A DNA stretch of 64,000 nucleotides from Candidatus Entotheonellaceae bacterium (GTDB lineage: Bacteria > Tectomicrobia > Entotheonellia > Entotheonellales > Entotheonellaceae), in assembly GCA_965238075.1 (NCBI GenBank), contig OZ250173.1:1408001-1472000 (forward strand), in the 5' to 3' direction. Shown here one piece after another: positions 19,926 through 31,801 of this stretch (position 1 is the stretch's first letter; each line of letters begins with the position of its first letter). The position numbers were made by a program, and so were the translations under genes. The notes below the pieces were generated by a model that saw only the letters and a list, made by a program, of their open reading frames with translations, had not been told where the DNA came from and made no database searches.

Positions 19926-21845
19926 TCAATTGAGACGAGATGCCGACAGCAGTTCAAGTCGGAATTGCGCAATATCGTCTCTCGGTGCGGTTCCCGCAAG
20001 CATTGCCCGCGCGCGCGGCAGTGCATGAACCACCTGCCAATCACCGAGAATGCTATCCACCGGTTGACCCGCCGCATCCAGCCAAGTGAACCGGTAAGCC
20101 GCCGTCAACTTCCTTCTCGACTGATTGAAAAAGTCGCCTGCCACGCGCAGCAGGCCAGTAGCGTTTCGCGCTCGAGTCATTCGCAGATCGCGCAATCCGC
20201 GACGAGTCAGACGCTTGTCGACCGACACCCAGGGTACCCACCAGTCGCCAGACGAGGGCGCCACTATCACCTCTGTTGAGACCGAAGGCGGCTCTGGCAT
20301 AACTGCGGACGGCCTGTCCTCCTCGGTTACACCAACTGCATCGGACACCTTGATGATCTGAGCCTGTATTCCAGATATCCGCGGCGGTGGGTCTATGGAC
20401 GCTTGTTCCATCCCGCGGCCCATGGCGGCGACGTGGATGGCCGGCGGCGCTCCCGCAGTGACGGTTTTCACGGTGACCAGAGCGAAAGCGGTGGGTGGCA
20501 ACGTTAGATCAATGGCGGCGCCTGAACCAGTCGCGACCAAGATCCGCCCGTCAGCCGGACGCGGGAGACTCGCCACACCAATCGAATGCGGCAGGACGTG
20601 CCACATCCGTGTGTCCGCTCTCGTCGTGGCGGAAATTGCAGCGTTGGCGAAAATGCCGAGCAATGCCCCGGCCAGACCTTGATCTCCCAAGGTCTCGTTG
20701 ACAACGACTTGCGCCAGTGTTTTGACCACGGTCGACGCAATGGCCTTGCCGACGATGGCGTTGTAGCCGGCGCGAAACTCCGTAGCCGCGTAACGATTGA
20801 CATTCAGCAGGGTTTGGGTCCGATATTCCACGCCGTCGGCGCGAATCCCTAGCGTACCTAACGCGGGTCTGCCAACCACGAATTCCGGCAGCGCAATGGC
20901 AGAAAAGATTGGCCCACTCGGCGTGAAGACATTGAATTCGAACCGAAACTCTTCCAGATGCGGCCCAATACCATCCTCGTGAACGATCCAAACCCGTGCC
21001 GGAACATCGCCCAAACTACCAGCGGCCTCCCCCGCTACGATCAGGTCCTCCAGGGCGTGGCGATTCTGTCGGCCATCAAGCACAACCGCGTTGCGGAACA
21101 AGTCCGAAGCGCGATTGGATTCGCCCGTTGCCAGACGGAAGGTGCCATGCAACCAGTCCGTAAACGGGTTGCGGAGATCACGATACTCACCAAGCGCCTC
21201 GACGGCCGCCAAACGTTGCGCAACCGCGCCGTCCGGTTTCATGACGTCATCAAGTGTTCTGTCGACGTTCGCAGATTGCGCATTCTCCTCGGGATCCTCT
21301 GCCCTCAAGGCCTGGACCTTCACGGCAAGCTGTTCGACGGCGTTGGTTTGACGCTGATCCGCTCGGTTCAACTCGACCCGGGCGCGGCTCTCGTCGCCCA
21401 GATGCAGAGCGTTTATCGCCTTGTAGGTGTTGATCAGAACCCCATCATAAATGTTCCCCTGATACGACCGCACGAGATCACTGCTCACGACCGTCAACCC
21501 CGCCCCGAGCAAGTCTTCGAGACTGTTGATTCTGTTTGACTTCCACAGGAGTTGCGATTCCGCGCGGTCGAAAGCAACCTGGGACGACTCGAACGAGCCC
21601 GCTGCTCTCAAGGCCAGACCTACCTGGAGCGACGTGAGCAGGTTCTCCTCGTCATAGTCGAGCGCGTTGTCACCGCCGAGGGTGCCTGCGGCTGCCATGT
21701 AGTCGCCTTGGGCGTATGGACCAAGAAACTCCTGGCTGCCCCGTATATCGGCCATCCCGGCACACCCGCAAACAGCCAGAACCACCACAATGAGACTCCA
21801 GGCGCAGAACCGAGAGATCCAGAACTCCAGAATCGTCTTACGCAT
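19926..21845 (-). CDS. COG3014-family lipoprotein fused to a C-terminal YcfL (DUF1425)-like domain
   Basis: Lipobox VCGC; YQGNIYDGVLINTYKAIN, ARVELNRA, ADTRMWHVLP; C-terminal AYRFTWLDAAG...APRDDIAQFRLEL. Confidence 0.78.
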   Translation of the reverse strand: MRKTILEFWISRFCAWSLIVVVLAVCGCAGMADIRGSQEFLGPYAQGDYMAAAGTLGGDNALDYDEENLLTSLQVGLALRAAGSFESSQVAFDRAESQLLWKSNRINSLEDLLGAGLTVVSSDLVRSYQGNIYDGVLINTYKAINALHLGDESRARVELNRADQRQTNAVEQLAVKVQALRAEDPEENAQSANVDRTLDDVMKPDGAVAQRLAAVEALGEYRDLRNPFTDWLHGTFRLATGESNRASDLFRNAVVLDGRQNRHALEDLIVAGEAAGSLGDVPARVWIVHEDGIGPHLEEFRFEFNVFTPSGPIFSAIALPEFVVGRPALGTLGIRADGVEYRTQTLLNVNRYAATEFRAGYNAIVGKAIASTVVKTLAQVVVNETLGDQGLAGALLGIFANAAISATTRADTRMWHVLPHSIGVASLPRPADGRILVATGSGAAIDLTLPPTAFALVTVKTVTAGAPPAIHVAAMGRGMEQASIDPPPRISGIQAQIIKVSDAVGVTEEDRPSAVMPEPPSVSTEVIVAPSSGDWWVPWVSVDKRLTRRGLRDLRMTRARNATGLLRVAGDFFNQSRRKLTAAYRFTWLDAAGQPVDSILGDWQVVHALPRARAMLAGTAPRDDIAQFRLELLSASRLN

Positions 21846-22107
21846 GCCATACCTCCGGATTCTTCCGCGGTGAATTGTGCATGCCCCGCAATTTGGGGTG
21901 CTTCCAGGTGATTTCGCAGATTGTCAAAAGCTCTTTCTCATGTCAATTAATCATAATGGTCGATCAATATATGAGTGAACATCGAAGGGGAAACCGACGG
22001 CGCCTGACATGTCGGCGGCCACTGCGCGCAACTCGCTGAAAATTACCACAAATATACTTGCCGACGTCAGCCATTACATATCTTCGCCATCGCAGTCCCA
22101 CCGGTGT

Positions 22108-22884
22108 TTAATTCGACCCAACGGCTTGACGCTCAATTCCCTCCAGCGTTCCCCGCAGGTCGTTGAACCCTTGCAGAACCCACGACGTCGCCCCGCACAG
22201 GAAAAACTTCGCACCGACTTCGGCGACGTGCGCCATGTTGTTCTGGAATCCCACCGTGCCGGCCGTGCGGCCGCGGTCGATGATGTGCCGGATGGTGTCG
22301 TCCACCACCTTGGTGACCGCCGGGTGCGTGAACTCGCCGACGTGCCCAACGGCCTGCGACAGGTCGCCCGGCCCCACGAAAAACACGTCGATGTGATCCA
22401 CCTCCAGGATGGCATCAAGGTTGTCCAGCGCCTCGGCGTCCTCGATGAACACGACCACCAGCGTTTCGTCATTTGCCCTCTGGAAGTAATCCGGCACGTC
22501 GATGCCCTGGCGGCTGATGTAGATGCCGCGATGGCCGATGGGCGCGAACTTGGCGGCGTCGACCACGCGGGCGGCGTCTTCGGCGGTGGAAACGTGCGGC
22601 ACGGCGACGCCCTGAGCGCCGAGGTCGAGGGCGTGATAGATAAGCTGCTTTTGAGCACGGCCGACGCGCGCGATGGACGTGCTGCCCGACACGTCACAGG
22701 CGCGGGTCAGGTCGCCGATGTTGGTCGGCGAGGCGATCCAGTGCTCGCCCTCCAGCCAGAACGCTTGCGGCTGCAGCGGCGCCAGGCGTTCGATGGCATC
22801 CGGATGGTTCAGCCCCTCGATGGCGATGACGTGCTGGCCGGCGGCCAGCCGCCGTTTGGCGCGGTTCGGTCTGATTTGTGTCAT
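22108..22884 (-). CDS. HpcH/HpaI aldolase family
   Basis: WLEGEH, ALDLGAQGVAVPHV, KFAPIGHRG, FIED, FVGPGDLS. Confidence 0.92.
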   Translation of the reverse strand: MTQIRPNRAKRRLAAGQHVIAIEGLNHPDAIERLAPLQPQAFWLEGEHWIASPTNIGDLTRACDVSGSTSIARVGRAQKQLIYHALDLGAQGVAVPHVSTAEDAARVVDAAKFAPIGHRGIYISRQGIDVPDYFQRANDETLVVVFIEDAEALDNLDAILEVDHIDVFFVGPGDLSQAVGHVGEFTHPAVTKVVDDTIRHIIDRGRTAGTVGFQNNMAHVAEVGAKFFLCGATSWVLQGFNDLRGTLEGIERQAVGSN

Positions 22885-23639
22885 GCCCCACCTCCTGCGG
22901 CAGCTTGGTCGAGTTGCTTGAAACCGGCCTCGATCCACGTGGCAGGGCCGGACATGAAGAATCGCACTCCCAAGTCGTACAGGTGCGCGGCGCTGGCCTC
23001 GGTCACCAGGGCGCCGGCGGTTCTGCCGCGCTTCACGATGCGGGCCAGCGTTTCGTCCACCACTTTCTGCACCCGCGGGTCGCCCGCCATACCGGGTAGC
23101 CCCATGGTTTGCGCCAAGTCGCCGGGGGCCACGAAGAACACGTCGATGTGCTCCACGTCGAGAATCTCGTCCAGGTTTTCCACCGCCACCACGTCTTCGA
23201 TCAGCACGCTCAGCAGGGTCTGGTCATTCGCCAGATTGTGGTAATCCGGCACCCCGATACCCTGCCGGCTGGTATAGGAGCCGCGCTTTCCGAGCGGCCA
23301 GAACTTGCCCGCCTGCACGAACGCTTCCGCCTCGGCGCGGCTGTTGACGTGCGGCACCACGATGCCCATGGCGCCGAGATCAAGGCAGCGGTAGATGACG
23401 CCCGCCTCGTTCTGGTGCACGCGGATGATGGGCGTGGCGCCGATCAGGTCGATGGCGCGCGTCAGGTTGGCGAGGTCGGAGAAGCTCACGTCGCCGTGCT
23501 CGCCCTCCAGCCAGACGCCGTCCGGGCGCGCCGGGACCAGTCGCTCCAGGTGGTCGGCGCCGCTGTACCCCCAGGCCGCAAAGCACAGGGCGTAGCGGCC
23601 CTGGCGGAGTCGATCCTTCACCCGATTCGGGCGTATCAT
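22881..23639 (-). CDS. HpcH/HpaI aldolase family
   Basis: WLEGEHG, LDLGAMGIVVPHV, KFWPLGKRG, LIED, FVAPGDLA; ATGA-coupled to its paralog. Confidence 0.92.
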   Translation of the reverse strand: MIRPNRVKDRLRQGRYALCFAAWGYSGADHLERLVPARPDGVWLEGEHGDVSFSDLANLTRAIDLIGATPIIRVHQNEAGVIYRCLDLGAMGIVVPHVNSRAEAEAFVQAGKFWPLGKRGSYTSRQGIGVPDYHNLANDQTLLSVLIEDVVAVENLDEILDVEHIDVFFVAPGDLAQTMGLPGMAGDPRVQKVVDETLARIVKRGRTAGALVTEASAAHLYDLGVRFFMSGPATWIEAGFKQLDQAAAGGGA

Positions 23640-23877
23640 CACGGTCCTTCTCCTTCTACCATGCGTTGGCAAGATGCGCTATATTGTGCGAGTTCGTGCC
23701 GCTGGTTGTTAAGGCCGTCGCAGTTTTGGCGTTCGTTCAAGCGCTACCCGGCAACCAGGGAAGTCACCCACCCCACCCTGTAAAAAGGCGTGCCACGACA
23801 GCATACCTTCATCATAACATGACCATGTTGGCCACCGGCTGGAGGGTGTTCGGGCGGCAGGGCCACAGGAGGAAGCA

Positions 23878-26415
<2,538 letters not shown>

Positions 26416-26456
26416 GCACGCGGCGACCGCCTGACCCTCCTGCACGGGGTATTACC

Positions 26457-27125
26457 ATGTTTTGGACGGAGATTTGGCAGGACATCGACTGGCAAGCCGG
26501 CTGGGCCTTTCTCCACAAGGGCGGCAGCCTGATGTACCTGCTGCTGCTGTGCTCGGTGCTGGTGCTGTCGATAACCCTGGAACGGTGGGTGCGCATCCGG
26601 CGCGCCCGCACCAATACCGAAGCGCTGTTCGGCCCGGTCGAGGACATGATCTCCCAGGATGACATGGCCGGTGCCTACGCCCATCTGCGTTTCTTCCGCG
26701 GTCCGCTGGCCGCAGTGCTGCGGGCCGTGTTGGAATCGCGTTCCCGAGAAAAAGCCGACCTGGAAGAAGCCGCCCTGATGGAGGCGAGACGGGAATTGCG
26801 CCTGCTCAACCTGCGGCTTCCCGCCCTCAGTCTGCTCGCCGGCCTGGCACCGCTGCTCGGTCTGTTGGGCACGGTGATCGGCATGATCAAGGCCTTTCAG
26901 CAGGTGGCGCTGGCGCAGGGGGCGGTGAACCCGAGCATGCTCGCCAACGGCATCTGGGAGGCGCTGCTCACCACCGGCGCCGGCCTGAGCGTGGCCATCC
27001 CGGCGGTGATCTTCCACCACGCCCTGGACCAGCGCGTTAAGCGCTGCGCCTTTGAAATGGACTATTTCAGCGCCGCCCTCATCCGCCTGATGGGCCGCCC
27101 GGATCCGGAGTCCATTGATGCTTAA
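26457..27125 (+). CDS. exbB: MotA/TolQ/ExbB proton channel
   Basis: APLLGLLGTVIGMIKAF, GIWEALLTTGAGLSVAIPA. Confidence 0.93.
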   Translation: MFWTEIWQDIDWQAGWAFLHKGGSLMYLLLLCSVLVLSITLERWVRIRRARTNTEALFGPVEDMISQDDMAGAYAHLRFFRGPLAAVLRAVLESRSREKADLEEAALMEARRELRLLNLRLPALSLLAGLAPLLGLLGTVIGMIKAFQQVALAQGAVNPSMLANGIWEALLTTGAGLSVAIPAVIFHHALDQRVKRCAFEMDYFSAALIRLMGRPDPESIDA

Positions 27126-27552
27126 CACCAGCGAAGAGCAAGCCCAGCGCAGCGCGGTGTCCGGGCCAAGCCTCATGCCGCTGCTCGACGTGATGTTGCT
27201 GCTGCTGATCTTCTTCCTGCTGGCCTCGGTGTTCGTGCAGCCGACGCTGGAGGTTGATCTGCCGGACGCGGCGCACAGCGAATCCGACACCCCGCAGAAC
27301 GACATCCTCACCATTTCCGTCAGCAGCAACGGCGACGTGTTCATCAACAAGAGGTTCGTGCCGCTTGAGGAACTGCAGGGCCGCATCGAGGCGGCGGTCG
27401 CCGAGGACCCGGAACTGCCGGTGATGGTACGCGCCGATGAGCAGAGCGCTTTCCGGTATTTCGTCAAGGTCATGGACGCCGTCAAAGGGGCGGGCGCCAC
27501 TCAGCTCACCATCGAAACGCAGCGGGCGCAGGAGGAGGAGGCCAGCCCATGA
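27118..27552 (+). CDS. exbD: Biopolymer transporter ExbD
   Basis: PLLDVMLLLLIFFLL, VDLP, VRAD, VMDAVKGAG. Confidence 0.93.
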   Translation: MLNTSEEQAQRSAVSGPSLMPLLDVMLLLLIFFLLASVFVQPTLEVDLPDAAHSESDTPQNDILTISVSSNGDVFINKRFVPLEELQGRIEAAVAEDPELPVMVRADEQSAFRYFVKVMDAVKGAGATQLTIETQRAQEEEASP

Positions 27553-28991
27553 CCGGCGCGAGTCGGCTGCTGTTGCTGATGTTCGGGTTTTCCATCTTCC
27601 TGCACGTCCTGTTCATTACCGGCTTGCCGCATCTTCCCTGGTTCAATCGCCCCCCCGACATTTACCGCCTGACGCGCTACGTCGTGCGCTTCAACAAGCC
27701 GGTGCCGACGTCGGTTCCCATGCTGACGCAGGTTGCCGTCGCCGAACCGATACCCATCGAACCCGCGCCGGTCGAACCCCTGGCGGACCTGCAAACCCCC
27801 AAGCCGATTGAACGGGTGGAGACTCTGCCCGAACACGCCGTCGAGCCGCTGCTGGCGCCGGCCCCGGTGCAGCCCGTGGTGCCCAAGCCGCCGGAATTGC
27901 AACAACGCGCTGCCACTCAGACGCGGCGACGGGTGGAAACGCGGCCCGAGCAGATCGTGAAACCGCAAGTGGCGCCGATCCCGGTGGTGCAGCCCGTGGT
28001 GCCCAAACCGCCGGAATTGCAACAACGCGCTGCCACGCAGACGCGGCAACGGGTGGAAACGCGGCCCGAGCAGATCGTGAAACCGCAAGTGGCACCGCTC
28101 CCGGTGGTGCAGCCCGTGGTGCCCAAACCGCCGGAATTGGAACAGCGCGCCGCCACGCAGACGCGGCGACGGGCGGAAACGCGGCCCGAGCAGATCGTGA
28201 AGCCGCAGGTGGCGCCGGCTCCGGTGGTGCAGCCCGTGGTGCCCAAGCCACCGGAATTGGAACAGCGCGCTGCTACTCGGACGCGGCGACGGGTGGAAAC
28301 ACGGCCCGAGCAGATCGTAAAGCCGCAAGTGGCGCCGACGCCGGTGAAGCCCGTGATTCCCAAGCCGCAGGAGCAGCGGAAACAACGTGTCAACGCGCCG
28401 CGCGAACACGTTGTCGTGCAGGAGCACCAGCCGCGCCCGGACATTGCGCCGATCGAGCCGCCGCAGCCGGTGGTCGTCAAACCGGTCCCGCGACGCCGGG
28501 CCGCAACGATGCCACGGTCGCACGCCGCCACCCAGACGACCGGCAGGCGGACGCCGAGCCGCGTGGCGGCCACCGTGCCGCAAACCGTCTCGCCCGTGCC
28601 GATTCGTGTGGCGGCCCTGTCGCAACCGCGTCAACCCTCCCCGGCGGCGGTCCTGCAAGCCGAGCGGGAACGGCTTCAGGCCGAGCAGGAGCAGAATGCC
28701 ATTCAGTCCTACCTGAGTCTGGTTTTCCAGAGCCTGGAGAGCCACAAGCGCTATCCCAGGATCGCCGAGCGCAGTGAGCTGAGCGGCCGGGTCGTGCTGC
28801 GCTTCACCGTGCGCTGGGACGGGGAGGTGATGGACCCGCAGGTCGTCGAGGTCGTCGGGCACAACTCGTTCGGCGATGCCGCGAAGCGAGCTCTGAAGCG
28901 GGTCGGCCAATTGCCGCGGTTTCCCGACGAGATTCGGCGTCGTGAACTCCTGATGGAAGTGCCGATTACCTATCGGATTGAAGACAGGTGA
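27549..28991 (+). CDS. tonB: Energy transducer TonB with long Pro-rich repeat linker
   Basis: N-terminal TM with SxxLH (SIFLH); C-terminal YPRIAERSELSGRVVLRFTV...VPITY. Confidence 0.9.
   Translation: MTGASRLLLLMFGFSIFLHVLFITGLPHLPWFNRPPDIYRLTRYVVRFNKPVPTSVPMLTQVAVAEPIPIEPAPVEPLADLQTPKPIERVETLPEHAVEPLLAPAPVQPVVPKPPELQQRAATQTRRRVETRPEQIVKPQVAPIPVVQPVVPKPPELQQRAATQTRQRVETRPEQIVKPQVAPLPVVQPVVPKPPELEQRAATQTRRRAETRPEQIVKPQVAPAPVVQPVVPKPPELEQRAATRTRRRVETRPEQIVKPQVAPTPVKPVIPKPQEQRKQRVNAPREHVVVQEHQPRPDIAPIEPPQPVVVKPVPRRRAATMPRSHAATQTTGRRTPSRVAATVPQTVSPVPIRVAALSQPRQPSPAAVLQAERERLQAEQEQNAIQSYLSLVFQSLESHKRYPRIAERSELSGRVVLRFTVRWDGEVMDPQVVEVVGHNSFGDAAKRALKRVGQLPRFPDEIRRRELLMEVPITYRIEDR
27867..28346 (+). 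repeat. Intragenic 120-bp tandem repeat, 4 copies (40-aa unit)
   Basis: GTGCAGCCCGTGGTGCCCAA(G/A)CC(G/A)CCGGAATTG recurs at exact 120-bp spacing; unit VQPVVPKPPELQQRAATQTRRRVETRPEQIVKPQVAPxPV. Confidence 0.97.
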
Positions 28992-29002
28992 GGAGAGCAA
29001 TC

Positions 29003-29944
29003 ATGCGTGTTGTGCTGGCGATGCTCTGGCTGATCGCGCTGTGCCTGCCGGTAAGCGCGGCGGAAGTCGTGCAGCGGTTTGATACCAACGGCGACGGCCA
29101 GATCGACCAATGGGAATACTACGAATCGGACGTCCTGACACGTCTGGAGAAGGACCGCGACCACGATCAGCGCGTCGATCACTGGGTGACGTACCGGGAC
29201 GGCAAAGCGGTGCAGGCCGAGTTCGATACCAACGGCTCGGGCAAGGCGGACCAGCACGAATTCTACGACGCCGACGGCGCCCTACAGCGCGTGACCAGCG
29301 ACGAGGACGGCGACGGCACCTTCGAGCAGCAACTCTTCTACGGCGCCGACAAGCAGCTTGAACGCCTCGAAAAGGACACCAACGGCGACGGCAATCCCGA
29401 CCAGTGGCAGACGTTCCAACAGGGCAAGGTGGCGCGCATCGCCCTGGATCAGGACTTCAGCGGCAAGCCCGAGCAGTGGCAGTCGTTCGACCCCTCGGGT
29501 AGCATGTCGCTGATCGAGATCGACAGCACCGGCAACGGCAAGGTGGACCAGTGGCACCGCTACACCGACGGCAAGGTCGGGCAGGTGGACATCGACGAGG
29601 ACGCCGACGGCAAAATCGACCAGATCATCCATTACGATGGGGAGGGCCGCATCGCCCGCGTGCTGCAGAACCTCGATGCCGACGGTAAGCCGCACGCCTG
29701 GATGGAATACAAGGAGGGCGTGCTCGCCAGCAGCGCCTTCGATACCAGCAACAACGGCCAGGCCGATCAATGGCACCACTACCACGCCGATGGGCATGTG
29801 GCGCGCATCGAATACGACCAGAACGGCGACGGCCGCCCGGACCAGTGGGAGCACTTCAAACCCGGCAGCACCGAGCCGCACAAGGTCGAGAGCGACACCA
29901 CCGGCGATGGCAAGGTGGACACCGTGTGGGAAACGTCAGGTTAA
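29003..29944 (+). CDS. Exported protein of 12 tandem Dx[DN]xDG calcium-blade beta-hairpin repeats
   Basis: Signal peptide; ~24-25-aa units such as DTNGDGQIDQW, DEDGDGTFEQ, DQNGDGRPDQW, DTTGDGKVDTVW; RBS AGGAGA. Confidence 0.85.
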   Translation: MRVVLAMLWLIALCLPVSAAEVVQRFDTNGDGQIDQWEYYESDVLTRLEKDRDHDQRVDHWVTYRDGKAVQAEFDTNGSGKADQHEFYDADGALQRVTSDEDGDGTFEQQLFYGADKQLERLEKDTNGDGNPDQWQTFQQGKVARIALDQDFSGKPEQWQSFDPSGSMSLIEIDSTGNGKVDQWHRYTDGKVGQVDIDEDADGKIDQIIHYDGEGRIARVLQNLDADGKPHAWMEYKEGVLASSAFDTSNNGQADQWHHYHADGHVARIEYDQNGDGRPDQWEHFKPGSTEPHKVESDTTGDGKVDTVWETSG

Positions 29945-29958
29945 TAAAGGGAGGGATG

Positions 29959-30270
29959 ATGGCCTACATCACGCTGAATAATTTCCAGGTGGCCGAGGAT
30001 CAGGCCGAGGGTTTTGAGCAACGCTGGCGCCAGCGCCGCAGCCGCTTGCAGGGCGTGCCCGGCTTCGAGAGCTTTCGCCTGCTGCGCGGCGAGACGTCCG
30101 AGGGCGCCGTGCATTACGCCTCGCACACCACCTGGGCCTCCAAGGAAGCCTTTGAAGCCTGGATGCACTCGGACCACTTCGTGCAAGCCCACCGCGGCGA
30201 TCCCCTGCCCAAGGGCATGGTCCTCGCCCACCCCCGCCTGCAATGCTTCGACGTCGTGCTGGAAACCTGA
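29959..30270 (+). CDS. ABM-family monooxygenase (IsdG/HmoA-like, possible heme-degrading)
   Basis: N-terminal Asn (ITLNNF), FEQRW..R..L..VPGF, WASKEAFEAW..SDHFVQAH; RBS GGAGG. Confidence 0.85.
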   Translation: MAYITLNNFQVAEDQAEGFEQRWRQRRSRLQGVPGFESFRLLRGETSEGAVHYASHTTWASKEAFEAWMHSDHFVQAHRGDPLPKGMVLAHPRLQCFDVVLET

Positions 30271-30283
30271 GCCCGGCGCAGGC

Positions 30284-30375
30284 TGTAGGTCGGATTAGCG
30301 AAGCGTAATCCGACATTCCACTGTGCCCCCTCAGGCTGCTGCCGTCGGGTGACGCCTTCGGCTAACCCGGCCTAC
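30284..30375. repeat. Inverted REP pair (BIME-like): class 1 on + and class 2 on -
   Basis: 30284-30315 TGTAGGTCGGATTAGCGAAGCGTAATCCGACA; 30344-30375 reverse complement GTAGGCCGGGTTAGCCGAAGGCGTCACCCGAC; between convergent genes. Confidence 0.85.
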
Positions 30376-30421
30376 TTGAAGCCGCCAATCCACACAAGAT
30401 TCAGTCCGATACGGAAATGCT

Positions 30422-31610
30422 CTAGCCGGCCACCACCTCGCGCAGCTTCTGCCGAAAGTGGGAAATGCCCGAGCTGCGCAGGAAGTGGCACGGCTTGTCC
30501 AGCGAGCGGCACAGCTTCTTGGCCGCGCTGGCCGTGCCGTGACTGACGCAGTCGACCGGACAAAACACCACGTTCGCCTGCCGGATGATCCGCGCCAGTT
30601 TCTTGTGCCCCTGATTCGCGCTGCCCTCGTACCGCATGCACAGGCCGCCGAGTTCGCTGATGGTCTGCTCGTAATGGCCGGACGCCTTGGTAAGCCCGCC
30701 GATCAGCGCCACCCGCTTGCCGTGCAGATCGAAGACGGGCCATTCGGGCAGCGGCGGCTCGCCGGGGGCGTCTTCGTTGGCAGAGTGGTCGTTGTTCGAC
30801 GGCAGCGTGCCTTCGTATGAAGCCACCGCGGCCGCAAGGCGCGCAGGGCGTCGCTCAGCCGGGCGACTTCATACTGCAACTTTCTGACGTCACGCAGCGT
30901 GACGCCTTGAGACGCCTGCGCGGCCTGGCTGCGGCGTTGCTTCTCCAACGCCGCGCAGTGCTGCTTGACCTCGTCCAGATCGCCTTGCAAGCGCGCGTTG
31001 TCCTGGTTCATCCGGGTATTCGCGCGCTGCGGGCTCTGCACGTCCTGCCGCAGGTTATCCCGTTCCGTTTCGAGTCGTTTCAGCGTTTGCTCCAGAGCCT
31101 CGCGTTCCGCATTCGCGGCTGCCGGGTCGGCATCGGAGTGGGGTTCGCCCCGGAATTGCGCGAGCAGCAGGCAGTGGCTGCGCAGGTGCAACTCCTCGAT
31201 GAAGAACTGCTCGATCGGGCGCACTTCCGGGCGCGGGTCGCTGCACACCGCCCACATCATGCCCGGCAGCAGGTTCGAAGACTGCACTTGCTCCTCGGCG
31301 AGCACCTCCGTCACCCTGGCGCGCACGGCCAGCGGCGGTAGCTGGGCAATCTGCGACACGAGCGCCGCGTGCCTGCGATTGAGGTAGCGCTGCACCTGCC
31401 TGGAAAACGGCGAATCCCGATGGCAGTGCTCGTGCGCCAGGTGGTAAAGGGCGAGGTCGCTATGGTTGGCGTCGGGCAGGGGATAGGATACTGGTAGCGG
31501 CGGCAGAGTTTAACGATGAGGTCGGGCGTCAAAGAAGCCGCGAAATTCTGGAATAACACCTCACACGACATGGTCCACAACTTGCGCCGGTTCAGGGCAG
31601 AGCTTGGCAT
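30422..31610 (-). pseudogene. DUF2325-domain coiled-coil protein, two frameshifts
   Basis: N-terminal RRKLW; C-terminal VALIGG...ANVVFCPVDCVSH...KKLC...LRSSG; 5-bp duplication GGATAGGATA at 31481-31490 and a second break near 30830. Confidence 0.8.
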
Positions 31611-31652
31611 GAGGTCACTCCCCGAATATGGATGGTGTATCCAGTGGTAAAT

Positions 31653-31671
31653 AAAAATGACAATCATTATC
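31653..31671. promoter_or_regulatory. Fur box
   Basis: AAAAATGACAATCATTATC, 16/19 match to GATAATGATAATCATTATC; AT-rich patch ~40 bp upstream of the DUF2325 start, next to a TTGCAT-N16-TATTAT promoter on the minus strand. Confidence 0.8.
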
Positions 31672-31801
31672 AATATAATACATGCCGATTTCGGCCATGC
31701 AAACCCTCTTGAAGGTTGTATGTGGTGGATTACAGGGTGAGATGAAGCCCGTCGTTCGAGTTACTCGGCAGCAGGTTCGCCGGTCGGCAGAGATGCAGGT
31801 C

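Noticed and set aside
21920-21946. Sigma70 promoter TTGACA...GACAAT for the lipoprotein island
   Set aside because: Spacer only 15 bp; too weak to call
23680-23877. Fur box or cobalamin riboswitch upstream of the TBDR
   Set aside because: No convincing match to either consensus by eye
27867-28346. 120-bp repeats as a CRISPR array
   Set aside because: No unique spacers, in frame within tonB, and no cas genes
27501-29000. 499-aa His/Arg-repeat ORF on the minus strand
   Set aside because: Antisense shadow of the tonB repeat; the + strand has clear TonB motifs
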